A DNA stretch of 64,000 bases from positions 448,001 through 512,000 of the forward strand of contig CBDCYI010000005.1 of the NCBI GenBank assembly GCA_965224085.1, written 5' to 3'. Both the position numbers and the translations under genes were made by a program. This document shows, piece after piece, positions 53,663 through 63,008 of this stretch (position 1 is its first letter; each line of letters begins with the position of its first letter). The stretch is from Candidatus Marinacidobacterales bacterium (GTDB taxonomy: Bacteria; Acidobacteriota; Vicinamibacteria; Marinacidobacterales; SMYC01). The notes beneath the pieces were generated by a model, which saw only the letters and a program-made list of their open reading frames with translations, was not told where the DNA came from and made no database searches.

Positions 53663-54550
53663 TCAGCGCGTCAAGCTGAAATAGACGGCGCGCACCAAGC
53701 GCTCGCTGTTGCCCGTCCAATTTGCATCGAAGCTCGCATGCGGCTTGGCGGCGACGACCGCATCAATACTCTTACCCTCGTCCACCAGCGTCTGCACGCG
53801 GTCCCGAATCGTAGCGAGCATGTTCCGGTAGGCCAGCAAGTCTCTAGGGCCGGCGACCTCGCCGTGTCCGGGAATGATCTTCGTCGTGTCTTTCGTCATC
53901 TTCAGCACTCGATCGGCGGCGGCAATGATGCCTTTGACGTTTCCCCCCGCGTCGATGTCGATGAACGGATACATGCCGTTGAAAAAGACGTCACCCATGT
54001 GGAAGACGTCGGCTTCCGTAAAATGGATGATGGAGTCTCCGTCGGTGTGGGCGTGCTCGACGTGAAAGGCGCGGATCTCCTCGCTGTTCCAGTAAAACGT
54101 GACTTCGTCGGTGAAAGTAACCTTGGGCCAAGCGCCCGGCGGCGAGGCCGGCGTGCGATCTTGTCGCAAGATCGTTCTCACTTGCTCGGTGCTCAAACGT
54201 TTGCGCACGTTTTGGTGTGCGACGATGATGCTCCCCCGCTTCCCAAAGTTCTCGTTGCTGCCGGCGTGGTCTCCGTGCCAGTGCGTATTGACGAGAAATC
54301 GGACGGGGTCGTCGGTCACCGTGCGCACGGCGGCGACGATTTTGTCCGTGAGCGGAGCGTACTGATCGTCGACGAGAAACGTCCCATCCTCGCCCACGCA
54401 CAAACCGATATTGCCGCCGCGGCCGAAGATCACATTCACGGCGCCGCGGACGGGCGTGGCGCGCACCTCGACGGCGTCCCAGTCGATCTGCGCTCGAACG
54501 AGTCCGACGCTCAAAGCACTCGAGACAAGAAACGGAATGATAAGTCGCAC
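53663..54550 (-). CDS. Exported MBL-fold metallo-hydrolase
   Basis: NTHWHGDH, HAHTDGD, HMGD, IIPGHG. Confidence 0.92.
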   Translation of the reverse strand: MRLIIPFLVSSALSVGLVRAQIDWDAVEVRATPVRGAVNVIFGRGGNIGLCVGEDGTFLVDDQYAPLTDKIVAAVRTVTDDPVRFLVNTHWHGDHAGSNENFGKRGSIIVAHQNVRKRLSTEQVRTILRQDRTPASPPGAWPKVTFTDEVTFYWNSEEIRAFHVEHAHTDGDSIIHFTEADVFHMGDVFFNGMYPFIDIDAGGNVKGIIAAADRVLKMTKDTTKIIPGHGEVAGPRDLLAYRNMLATIRDRVQTLVDEGKSIDAVVAAKPHASFDANWTGNSERLVRAVYFSLTR

Positions 54551-54599
54551 GCGTCACCTCTCTTCCACCGTGGGGAACGATATCATGGCGCGAGCTGCT

Positions 54600-55386
54600 T
54601 GCTAGTGATCCACCATCGTCTCGCGTTGCGGTCGAGCTTCAGTCGTCCCGTGAAATCTGGGTGTACGACCTCGAACGTGGAACGCGAACACGTGTCACCG
54701 CGAGCGGAAGTGCAACCGACCCCGAGTGGACGCGAGACGGGACGCATATTTTGTTCTCATGGTTGCGAGACTCCGCAGCGGATTTCGATATTTACTCGAA
54801 GAGGGCCGACCGGAGTGGGGAGGCGGAGCTCGTTCTTTCGACCGTGGGGCATGCCTTTTAGCCGGAGCCGTCGCCCGACGGACAGTCCCTTGCCTATTTC
54901 TTGGGTCCGGGAAATGACGTGTGGGTGGCGCCTGCGGACGGCGAACCGGTGCGCTTCTTGGAAACCGCGTTCCGCGAGCACTCCGCGGTGATCTCACCCG
55001 ACGGCCGATTCCTCGCGCTCGTCTCCGACGATTCGGGTCGCAACGAGGTCTACGTGCATTCCTACCCGGACGCCCAGAGGCGATGGACCATCTCGAGCGC
55101 GGGCGGCACCGAGCCGGCCTAGTCGGTGGATGGCAGCGAGCTCTTCTACCGGAACGGTGACGAAATGATGGTTGTCGCGATCGAAACCGATCCCGAGCTC
55201 GACCCCGGTGTTCCGCGAGCTCTCTTTCGAAAAGCCTTTATCATGGGTCCGATCCCGAGCAACTACGACGTCTCGCCTGATGGTCAGCGATTCGTCAATG
55301 GTGGAGGGCGGAGCCGAAACGGCAGAGATTCGCATCGTCCTCAATTGGCTCGAAGAGCTCGAGCGGATCGCACCGTCGGGCAACTG
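54600..55386 (+). pseudogene. PD40/TolB beta-propeller C-terminus of a Ser/Thr kinase, degraded
   Basis: SPDGRFLA..SDDSGRNEVYV, YDVSPDGQRF, VLNWLEEL; two in-frame TAGs and a frameshift. Confidence 0.8.
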
Positions 55387-55393
55387 ACGCGAA

Positions 55394-57538
55394 TCAGTCG
55401 AGGCGGCTCCTGGACACTACGAAGGCGTGGAGCTCCAGAATCTGCTCGTTCGTAAGCAATGAGCCAAACGCGGGCATCGTCGTTCCCGGAACACCCGCGG
55501 CGGTCTTGTCGACGAAGCTCGATACCTCGCGCGTCGTGCCGAAGATATTCGGGCCGCTCCCGCCAGCGGATTTGTGGCAACCCACGCACCGGGCGCGACA
55601 CGTCCGCTCGGCCCGGCCCATCGCGTCGGCGTCTCCGATGAACGGATTTGCTGAGTTAGAGGAAGACTGCGTTGGCATGGGCGGGCCGGATCCGGTGATC
55701 GGCTCTGCGCCTTCGGTCGCGGGAAAGCCGTAGCCGGGCAAGACGCGGCCGCCGAGGGTATGGCCGGGTTCGCCGACTCTAGGTATGCCGCCCTCGAGGG
55801 TGACGAGGTTGCTTCCCGGACCGATCCTCGCCTGGCCGCCGCCGTCGATGGCGAAGACCCAGAGGTTTCCAGCCTTCGGCTCCGTGTAATAGAACGTCAT
55901 GTCGCCGCCGATGCCGCCGGAGGGGACGGCGAGATATTGCGTGCCGTCGAGCTCATAGGTAATGGGGCTTCCGATGATGCCCGAGCCTGTCTGGAACTGC
56001 CACAGCACGGTGCCGTTTCTTGCGTCGAGGGCCATGAAGTAGCCGCGCATGTATCCGGTGAAGACGAGCCCCGTTGACGTCGCTACCGCGCCGGCCCAAA
56101 AAGGCGCAGGGCTCACCGCACGCCAAACGACCTTCCGCTCGACGACGTCGAAGGCGACGAAGTTGCCGGGGTTGTCGCTTGTCATGTATTGCTGGTAGTC
56201 GGCGCCCAGATACCACTCGCCGTTCGTGGGCACCTCGAATTGGTCCTCTTCCCACATCTTGTAGCCCATGGCCCACTGGTTGGACATGAAGTACAAGTAT
56301 CGGAGGTCGGGGTTGTACGCGAGAGGCTGCCAATCGATCGCTCCTTCGAGGCTCGGGATGATGGGGCCGACTTCAGGGCCGCCCGAGAGCCCCACCATGT
56401 CCATGTTGATGTCGGGGCGACCGGTCTCGGGGTCGAGGCCGTGGGCCCAGTTGATGTCGGGCACGATGGGCTCGCCATAAATGAATTTTCCGTTCGTGCG
56501 ATCGAGCGCGTAGAAGAAGCCGTTCTTGTCGTGGTGGAAGAGCGCTTTGACGAGACCGTGATCGCCGAGCTCGACATCCGCGAGCAACGGCGTGCTCACG
56601 GCGTCGTAGTCCCAGCAGTCCCACGGGGTGTATTGGAAGCCCCACTCGATGTCGCCGCTATCCACGTCTATAGCGATCGTCGCGGCCGTCCATTTGTTGT
56701 CGCCCTTGCGGACGTGACAGTTCCAAGGCGCTGCGTTTCCCGTGTTCCAATAGACGAGGTTCAAGGCCGGATCGTAAACGCCTGTTGTCCACGTCGGTCC
56801 GCCGCCGTTTTTCCAAGTATCGCCGGGCCATGTGTCGTTGCCGGGCTCGCCTGGGCCGGGGATAGTATAGGCCGTCCACCGCAGCTCACCGGTCTTCGCG
56901 TCGAAAGCTTTGACGAAACCGCGTATGCCGAACTCGCCGCCGGCCACTCCCGTGAGAACCATGTCCTTTACCACGAGCGGCGCTCCCGTGATGCTGTAGC
57001 CTTGCCGCCAGTCGATGACTTGGGTCTCCCAAACGACGTCGCCGCTCTTCTTGTCGAGCGCGACCATGCGGGCATCCATCGTCCCTACGAGCACGAGCTC
57101 GCCCCAGAGCGCGACCCCGCGATTGATTGAGCCACAGCAATAGACGCGCTCGGATTCGTCCGAGAGCTCGGGGTCGTAGCTCCATAGCTTCGCGCCCGTG
57201 CGCGCGTCGAGCGCGAAAACGCGGGAGTCGTCTGCGGAGAGGTACATCACGCCTTCGTGGATCAAAGGCGTCGCTTCCAAACCGCGATTGTCGCCTCCTG
57301 TCGTGAACACCCATGCGGGGTGGAGCCGGTCGACGTTCGCCGGCGTGATTTGATCGAGGTCGACGAAGCGCTGGCCGGAATAGTCACGGCCATAGGTGAG
57401 CCATGACGCGTTGTCGTGAGCGGCGTTCTCGAGATGCTCGGTCGTAACCGGCTGCGCGAACAACGTCGAGCAGGAGAGAGCGAGTAGCAGGAACATGTTG
57501 GCGACGAGTGAAAACGAGTGCGATTCAGAAGAGTCCAT
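55394..57538 (-). CDS. PQQ-dependent alcohol dehydrogenase with C-terminal cytochrome c (quinohemoprotein), lanthanide-type active site
   Basis: Vicinal CC (YCCGSINRG), GGEFG, TGNAAPW, WDYDA, Trp-docking repeats; CVGCH..MPAF. Confidence 0.9.
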   Translation of the reverse strand: MDSSESHSFSLVANMFLLLALSCSTLFAQPVTTEHLENAAHDNASWLTYGRDYSGQRFVDLDQITPANVDRLHPAWVFTTGGDNRGLEATPLIHEGVMYLSADDSRVFALDARTGAKLWSYDPELSDESERVYCCGSINRGVALWGELVLVGTMDARMVALDKKSGDVVWETQVIDWRQGYSITGAPLVVKDMVLTGVAGGEFGIRGFVKAFDAKTGELRWTAYTIPGPGEPGNDTWPGDTWKNGGGPTWTTGVYDPALNLVYWNTGNAAPWNCHVRKGDNKWTAATIAIDVDSGDIEWGFQYTPWDCWDYDAVSTPLLADVELGDHGLVKALFHHDKNGFFYALDRTNGKFIYGEPIVPDINWAHGLDPETGRPDINMDMVGLSGGPEVGPIIPSLEGAIDWQPLAYNPDLRYLYFMSNQWAMGYKMWEEDQFEVPTNGEWYLGADYQQYMTSDNPGNFVAFDVVERKVVWRAVSPAPFWAGAVATSTGLVFTGYMRGYFMALDARNGTVLWQFQTGSGIIGSPITYELDGTQYLAVPSGGIGGDMTFYYTEPKAGNLWVFAIDGGGQARIGPGSNLVTLEGGIPRVGEPGHTLGGRVLPGYGFPATEGAEPITGSGPPMPTQSSSNSANPFIGDADAMGRAERTCRARCVGCHKSAGGSGPNIFGTTREVSSFVDKTAAGVPGTTMPAFGSLLTNEQILELHAFVVSRSRLD

Positions 57539-57583
57539 GAGCTAGAGTGTCTCAAAAATACTTTGTCCTTGTTTCTCTCTCGG

Positions 57584-58156
57584 TTACGTTCTCGCTTCGG
57601 CGATGGCGCGCTCCAACAAATCTAGCACCTTTAGCTCAGAAGCCCACTTATCGAGATATTCCATGTTGAGATGCCCTTCTTTGACGCTTAGCACGCCAAT
57701 GACATCTTGCCATTGGCGCTCCGATACCTCCCCGCCGTTTCGATACCAGTGGATTTTGTGAAGCACAATATCCTCAGCGCTCGTGACATAGAAGGTGTCG
57801 TTCTCCGTCAAGTGCTCGAGCTTTCTTCTCTCGAGCGACGATCTTTTGAAGGCATCCGAGCCGGAGACGAACACGTCTACTTTGAACATCGTTTGGAAGT
57901 GTATGGCGTTGAACGAGGAGCCTTTTTTAGCCGCGGCGAGTGCCCTTACCTTAGGAATGTAGTAGTCAGGTTCGAGCTCCGCAACGAGCGCGTCGACTTG
58001 TTCGGGTACGAGTGACGTCAACACGTCGACATCGAGACTGGATCGTGCGACGCCATGAACGGAGCTGGCGACAGAACCACCCAACTGATATTCGATACCC
58101 AACTCCTCGAGCGTCTCGATCAGCGGGACGAGAGCTCCAAGAAGTCTCGGATCCAT
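57584..58156 (-). CDS. Putative nucleotidyltransferase toxin-like protein
   Basis: GGSVASSVHG..RSSLDVD, EDIVLHK, RQWQDV. Confidence 0.75.
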   Translation of the reverse strand: MDPRLLGALVPLIETLEELGIEYQLGGSVASSVHGVARSSLDVDVLTSLVPEQVDALVAELEPDYYIPKVRALAAAKKGSSFNAIHFQTMFKVDVFVSGSDAFKRSSLERRKLEHLTENDTFYVTSAEDIVLHKIHWYRNGGEVSERQWQDVIGVLSVKEGHLNMEYLDKWASELKVLDLLERAIAEART

Positions 58157-58416
58157 TATTCGGACTGGGGCTTTGCGAAGTGATCCCGGAGCTCTTTCTC
58201 GAGCTCGGAGCCATAATGGAGGCTCACCCACTCGAGAAGAATTTCTCGCTCCGAGGCTTGTGGCCGCTTTTTTCGAAGGGCGCGTCTCGAAAGCATGACG
58301 ACCGACGTAGTGAGGGCATCCATGAGCGCGAAGCGTTCGCGGACAGACGCGTTTCGCAGAAGCCGAAGCATCTCGGCCTCGGTCTCTGGATCGGTGTCGG
58401 CCCACAGCGGTTTCAT
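58156..58416 (-). CDS. Small partner protein (antitoxin-like)
   Basis: MKPLWADTDPETEAEMLRLLR..ER; TAATG overlap with downstream gene. Confidence 0.7.
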   Translation of the reverse strand: MKPLWADTDPETEAEMLRLLRNASVRERFALMDALTTSVVMLSRRALRKKRPQASEREILLEWVSLHYGSELEKELRDHFAKPQSE

Positions 58417-58480
58417 CGGCGAATTGTAACGACTTCCGGGGTCTTCGGAAAGCGCGCCATCCCGCGATAAACTACGACTC

Positions 58481-58973
58481 GTGATCGATATTCGCGAAGA
58501 GCGAGCGGAGGACGATTCCGGCGTGCGGCGTGTCAACACGGAGGCTTTTGGCCAGCCGGACGAAGCCGACATCGTCGACGCGCTTCGAAACGGCGACGCG
58601 GATCGTCTCTCTCTCGTTGCGCGCGACGGCGACGACGTTATCGGGCATATTCTCTTCACCCCCTGCGACACTGGAACACGTCGAGGGGAAGGGGCTCGCG
58701 CCGATGGCTGTGCTCCCGGATCGACAACGCGACGGGATAGGCTCGAAGCTTGTACGCCGTGGGCTCGATGAGCTGCGCGAGCGGAACTGCCCATTCGTCA
58801 TCGTTCTTGGCCACCCCGAATATTACCCGCGCTTTGGATTCGAGCCCGCGAGCAAGCGCGGCGTCCGGTGCAAGTGGGAGGTTCCGGACGAAGTCTTCAT
58901 GATTCTCGTTCTCGACGAGGCGGCGATGGCTGGCGTCTCTGGTCTCGCGCACTACCGGAGCGAGTTCGGGTGA
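58481..58973 (+). pseudogene. GNAT acetyltransferase (YhbS-like), frameshift near 58664
   Basis: IREE..VIGHILFTP / LAPMAVLP..Q..GIG, VLGHPEYYPRFGF in two frames. Confidence 0.8.
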
Positions 58974-59791
58974 AGCTCTTTGCTCTCAGCGATCTTCACG
59001 TAGGATTCAAAGAAAATCGTGAAGCGCTCGAAACGCTCGGCGCGCATCCCGACGACTGGCTGATTCTCGGTGGCGATCTCGGGGAAACACTCGAACATCT
59101 AGAGATCGTTCTCGAGATAACGACCGAGCGCTTCGCTCGCGTCTTTTGGGTGCCCGGTAATCACGAGCTCTGGACTCATCCGCGTGACGGGCCGCGCGGG
59201 GCTGCCAAATACGACGCGCTCGTCCAGTTGTGTCGCGACTATGACGTCGTGACGCCCGAGGACCCGTTCGTCGTTTGGGAAGGGGAGGGTCGTCCCTGCG
59301 CGCTCGCGCCGCTTTTTCTGCTCTACGATTACTCGTTCCGTCCCGACGACGTCGCGGCGGAGGACGCTCTTGATTGGGCGGCCGAGGCGGGCATCATGTG
59401 CGCCGACGAGCGTTATCTACATCCTGCGCCGCACGCGAGCCGGGAGGCATGGTGCCGCGCGCGCTGCGACGCGGCCGAGGCGCGGCTATCGGAAGCTGCG
59501 GCTCAGCATCCGCTCGTCATCATCAATCACTTCCCGTTGCGCGAGGAGCTCGTGCGTCTCTGGCGCATCCCGCGCTTTTCGCTATGGTGCGGGACGAAGC
59601 GCACAGAGGACTGGCACCGACGCTTTCGCGCGAAAGTGGTCGTGTACGGCCATCTGCACATGCGCGCCACCGATTGGATCGATGGTGTGCGCTTCGAGGA
59701 AGTCTCGCTCGGCTACCCGAAGCACTGGCGTGTGGAGGACGGCATGGACGCCTATTTGCGGGAGATTCTTCCCGGCCCTTCCGCTACTTGA
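58970..59791 (+). CDS. Calcineurin-like metallophosphoesterase, PptH-like phosphopantetheinyl hydrolase
   Basis: SDLH, DDWLILGGD, WVPGNHELW, FLLYDYSF, INHFPL, FSLWCGT, YGHLH, DGVRFEEVSLGYP. Confidence 0.85.
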   Translation: MKLFALSDLHVGFKENREALETLGAHPDDWLILGGDLGETLEHLEIVLEITTERFARVFWVPGNHELWTHPRDGPRGAAKYDALVQLCRDYDVVTPEDPFVVWEGEGRPCALAPLFLLYDYSFRPDDVAAEDALDWAAEAGIMCADERYLHPAPHASREAWCRARCDAAEARLSEAAAQHPLVIINHFPLREELVRLWRIPRFSLWCGTKRTEDWHRRFRAKVVVYGHLHMRATDWIDGVRFEEVSLGYPKHWRVEDGMDAYLREILPGPSAT

Positions 59792-60482
59792 GCGGCACGA
59801 CGTTGCGCATGACGAGGCGCACGTCTTCGCCGGCCTTGCACCGGAAGCTAGCGGCGACCGCGTGCCGGCGGCCATAGGATAGTGCCGTGAACTGCCAGCT
59901 TTCGGCGTCATCCTCGAGCCGCGGGTCGAACGCTATCGAGATGGCGTGGCCGAACAAGCCTATATTGAAAGAGAAGTACGACAGAGGGATCGCAAGGCCC
60001 ATCCCGCGCGCTTTGATGTAAGACTCCTTCAGCGTCCAGTACAGAAAGAATCGATCGAGCCGTTCTTTCTCGGGAAGCTTTCTAAGCGCCGCCACTTCCG
60101 TCGGTGAGAAAAACCGGTGGGCGACATCGAGAAGCTTGCCGGTCCTCTCCCGATCTTCGACGTCGACGCCAATTTCGCGCTCGCGCGCGACGATACATGC
60201 GATGAGACCGTTCGTGTGCGAGAGGTTGAATTTGAGCGATCGCGCGCCTTCGGGCTCCGCGATCTCTGGCCGCCCGTGGTCGTTCGTTACGAAGCGCCAG
60301 TCCTTCGGGTCGACGTCTTCGTAGCGGGACAACACCGTGCGGACGAGCGCTCGCGTAACGAGGCAGTTGTGCTGGTCTTTCTCGAAATGAAAGCGATCGC
60401 GTTTGACGCGCTCGTCATGCGTCAAGAGCGCGTCATAGGCACGAAGAAGCTCGGGGTCTCGTATGCGCTCCGGCTCGACCAT
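59784..60482 (-). CDS. Sfp-type 4'-phosphopantetheinyl transferase
   Basis: GRP, FNLSHT, IGVDVE, WTLKESYIKARGMG. Confidence 0.93.
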   Translation of the reverse strand: MVEPERIRDPELLRAYDALLTHDERVKRDRFHFEKDQHNCLVTRALVRTVLSRYEDVDPKDWRFVTNDHGRPEIAEPEGARSLKFNLSHTNGLIACIVAREREIGVDVEDRERTGKLLDVAHRFFSPTEVAALRKLPEKERLDRFFLYWTLKESYIKARGMGLAIPLSYFSFNIGLFGHAISIAFDPRLEDDAESWQFTALSYGRRHAVAASFRCKAGEDVRLVMRNVVPLK

Positions 60483-60501
60483 CCAGAGATGGGCTTCGTG
60501 C

Positions 60502-62226
60502 TCACCGAGCTTCGTACTTCACCTCGCCTCCAATGATCGTGTAGACGACTTCCGTGTCTCGGATCTCGTCGTCCGGGATCGTGAGGATGTCTTTGGAGAG
60601 TACGGTGATGTCGGCGTACTTGCCCGGCGTGAGCGTTCCTTTCACGTCTTCTTCGAACGCCGCGTGAGCGTTATTGATGGTGTAGGACTCGAGCGCTTGC
60701 ACGCGCGTCATCGCTTCGTCGGCGTTAAAGATGGAGCCGTCGGGGAGGCGCCGAGTCACCGAGCAATCGAAGCTCGCGATCGGATCGATCTCTTCCACCG
60801 GTGGGTCGGTGCCGTTTTGCACGATGGCGCCGGAGTCGATCATCGAGCGGTAGATGTAGCCGCGCTCGCGCGTTCGCTCGTCGCCGAGTCGCTCGTCCAC
60901 CCACGGCCCGTCGGAGCACGCGAAGATGCCTTGGATACCAGGGATGACGCCGAGCTCCGCGAAGCGAGGAAGATCGTGGGGGTGGATCACTTGGGCATGC
61001 TCGATGCGCCATCTCAGATCCGCTTTCTCCGGATGGTTCTCGAACTCTCGCTCGTAGATGTTGAAGAGCTCGCGCGCGGCGCGGTCGCCGATCCCTTGGA
61101 TGGCCATTTGATAATCGTGCTCGATGGCGAGCGCGGCTGACGCTTCGATCTCGATCACCGGGGTTACTTCGAAGCCGACGCTTCTGGGTAGATCGGTGTA
61201 AGGATCGAGAAGCCAGCCGCCATGGGTGCCGAGCGCGCCGTCGAGGACTTTCTCGCCGATGGTGCGGATCGTGAGAAAGCCGCCGCCATAGCCGACGAGG
61301 CGGTAGTCGTCGAGCTTGTCTTTCATGTCTTCCGCGGTCTCTTGGATCGCCATATAGAGGCGGAGCGGCAAATTGCCTTCGTCGGCCATCGTCTTCAGGA
61401 GGTCGAGCGTCTCGAAGCTCGAGCCCATGTCGTGGAAGCTCGTGATACCGTTTTTTAGCGCGTCCTCGGCTGCGAGTGCTATTTGGTGGCGGCTCACGCG
61501 GTCGACCTCCTCGGGCGAACGCTCAGCCCGATAGTCGGCGAGTGCTTGGCGCGCGGGGTCCGCGGAGCCTTCCCGCAGCATCCCGATGGCGTTGCCATCG
61601 GCGTCCCGGACGATCTCACCGCCCGACGGGTCTTGGCTGTCACGGGTGATGCCGGCGGCCTCCATCGCTTTCGCGTTGACGAAGACGCCGTGGCCGCTCG
61701 TGTGGCTCAGGAATACCGGGTTTTCGGGGCTCACGGCGCTCAAGCTGTCATGGGTGGGGAGTCCCTCAACGCTCGGGGTCGGGCGCTGTTCCCATTTGTC
61801 CTGGTGCCAGCCTCGCCCGACGATCCACTGCCCCGGCTCCACTTCGGACACGGCTTCTTCGACCATGGCGACGATGTGATCCCAGTCCTTCGCGTGACGG
61901 AGGTCGAGCTCCATGAGCGAGGCGCCGTAGCTCATCCAGTGGCCGTGGCCTTCGATGAGGCCGGGAATCGCGAGCCGGCCGTCGAGGTCGATAACTCGTG
62001 TGTCGTCACCGATATAGGCTTCGATTGCCTCGTCGGCGCCGAGTGCTACAATCCAGTCCCCGCGGGCGGCGAGCGCTTGTGCCTCCGGCAAGGACTCGTC
62101 GACGGTGACGATTTTCCCGCCGCGCAGGACGAGGTCGGCGGGCTCGGTGCCGTCTCCGCCGCCGGTGCAAGCCGGGAGCGAGAGGATCCAGAGGATCCAA
62201 AGGACGCAAATTCGTTGATATTTCAT
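60502..62226 (-). CDS. Amidohydrolase_3 (YtcJ-like) lipoprotein
   Basis: Lipobox LPAC; PGLIEGHGH, DGALG, RWRIEHAQ, GTD, GTLTPGKYAD. Confidence 0.92.
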   Translation of the reverse strand: MKYQRICVLWILWILSLPACTGGGDGTEPADLVLRGGKIVTVDESLPEAQALAARGDWIVALGADEAIEAYIGDDTRVIDLDGRLAIPGLIEGHGHWMSYGASLMELDLRHAKDWDHIVAMVEEAVSEVEPGQWIVGRGWHQDKWEQRPTPSVEGLPTHDSLSAVSPENPVFLSHTSGHGVFVNAKAMEAAGITRDSQDPSGGEIVRDADGNAIGMLREGSADPARQALADYRAERSPEEVDRVSRHQIALAAEDALKNGITSFHDMGSSFETLDLLKTMADEGNLPLRLYMAIQETAEDMKDKLDDYRLVGYGGGFLTIRTIGEKVLDGALGTHGGWLLDPYTDLPRSVGFEVTPVIEIEASAALAIEHDYQMAIQGIGDRAARELFNIYEREFENHPEKADLRWRIEHAQVIHPHDLPRFAELGVIPGIQGIFACSDGPWVDERLGDERTRERGYIYRSMIDSGAIVQNGTDPPVEEIDPIASFDCSVTRRLPDGSIFNADEAMTRVQALESYTINNAHAAFEEDVKGTLTPGKYADITVLSKDILTIPDDEIRDTEVVYTIIGGEVKYEAR

Positions 62227-62274
62227 GGTTGCCGAGTCTACAACACGCGGAGCGTGCGTAGCATCCCGGACATC

Positions 62275-62302
62275 TTGACACCGTTCCGCCAAGCGCTATA
62301 CT
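62275..62302 (+). promoter_or_regulatory. Sigma70 promoter of the ilv operon
   Basis: TTGACA-N16-TATACT. Confidence 0.8.
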
Positions 62303-62318
62303 GAAAGCAACAGAAATC

Positions 62319-62384
62319 ATGAACGGCCAACGCTTCGACATCACGAGCATCGTCATTATTAGCGGGAGGTGCGGTCCTCCCTAG
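62319..62384 (+). CDS. ilv attenuator leader peptide MNGQRFDITSIVIISGRCGPP
   Basis: Short ORF with Ile-Val-Ile-Ile control codons between promoter and terminator. Confidence 0.8.
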   Translation: MNGQRFDITSIVIISGRCGPP

Positions 62385-62404
62385 GCATCTATCGAAGCCT
62401 AACG

Positions 62405-62438
62405 GCCCCGCATCCTGAAAGGATGTCGGGGCTTTTTT
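62405..62438 (+). terminator. Attenuator terminator
   Basis: GCCCCGCATCCT-GAA-AGGATGTCGGGGC-TTTTTT; leader GGTGCGG can pair with CCGCATC (antiterminator). Confidence 0.85.
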
Positions 62439-62440
62439 AG

Positions 62441-62981
62441 TGTCTCTTCCGGGGATGGTCGAAACCCCTCGCCTTTAGGCGAAGAGAAGATCGTGGTATT
62501 GTGGTCGCGTGCGTCACTACAGGCACGGAGCGCACACGAAAACGGACCTAAAAGCGCACATCGTTTGGATACCGAAATATCGTAAAAAGGTTTTGATCGG
62601 TCCAGTAGCGGTTCGTGTGCGCGATCTGATTCGTCAGATCGCGATGGAACATGAGCTGCACATAATCTCGGGTAAGGTTGCACGCGACCACGTCCACGTG
62701 TTCGTATCCTACCGACCACACCAGGACCTTGAGTACGATCGTGCAGTGGCTAAAAGGAATAAGCTCCCGAGTACTCCTTCAGGAGTTTGCTCACCTGAGG
62801 AAGAAGTTTTGGGGCCGGCACTTCTGGGCCCGAGGATATCTGGCGGTGAGTTCAGGAAGCATAACGGACGAGATGGTAAAGGAGTACATAGACTCCCAGG
62901 ATGGCGAGCCTCTTCACGACGACAGTCAATTTCCAATTGACAGCCCTTGAAGCCACCGCCTTCTAGGCGGTGGTTGTTCAC
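62441..62981 (+). mobile_element. tnpA: IS200 copy A2, tnpA frameshifted by one extra T near 62730
   Basis: Near-identical inverted copy of 41666..42205; preceded by TTAG. Confidence 0.92.
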
Positions 62982-63008
62982 TTTTGGGCGAAGGTTTAGG
63001 ACGAAACC

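Noticed and set aside
54859-55122. In-frame TAGs (also 17665) as pyrrolysine or stop reassignment
   Set aside because: The same genes carry frameshifts or truncations, and TAG ends intact genes such as ispG and fdhD
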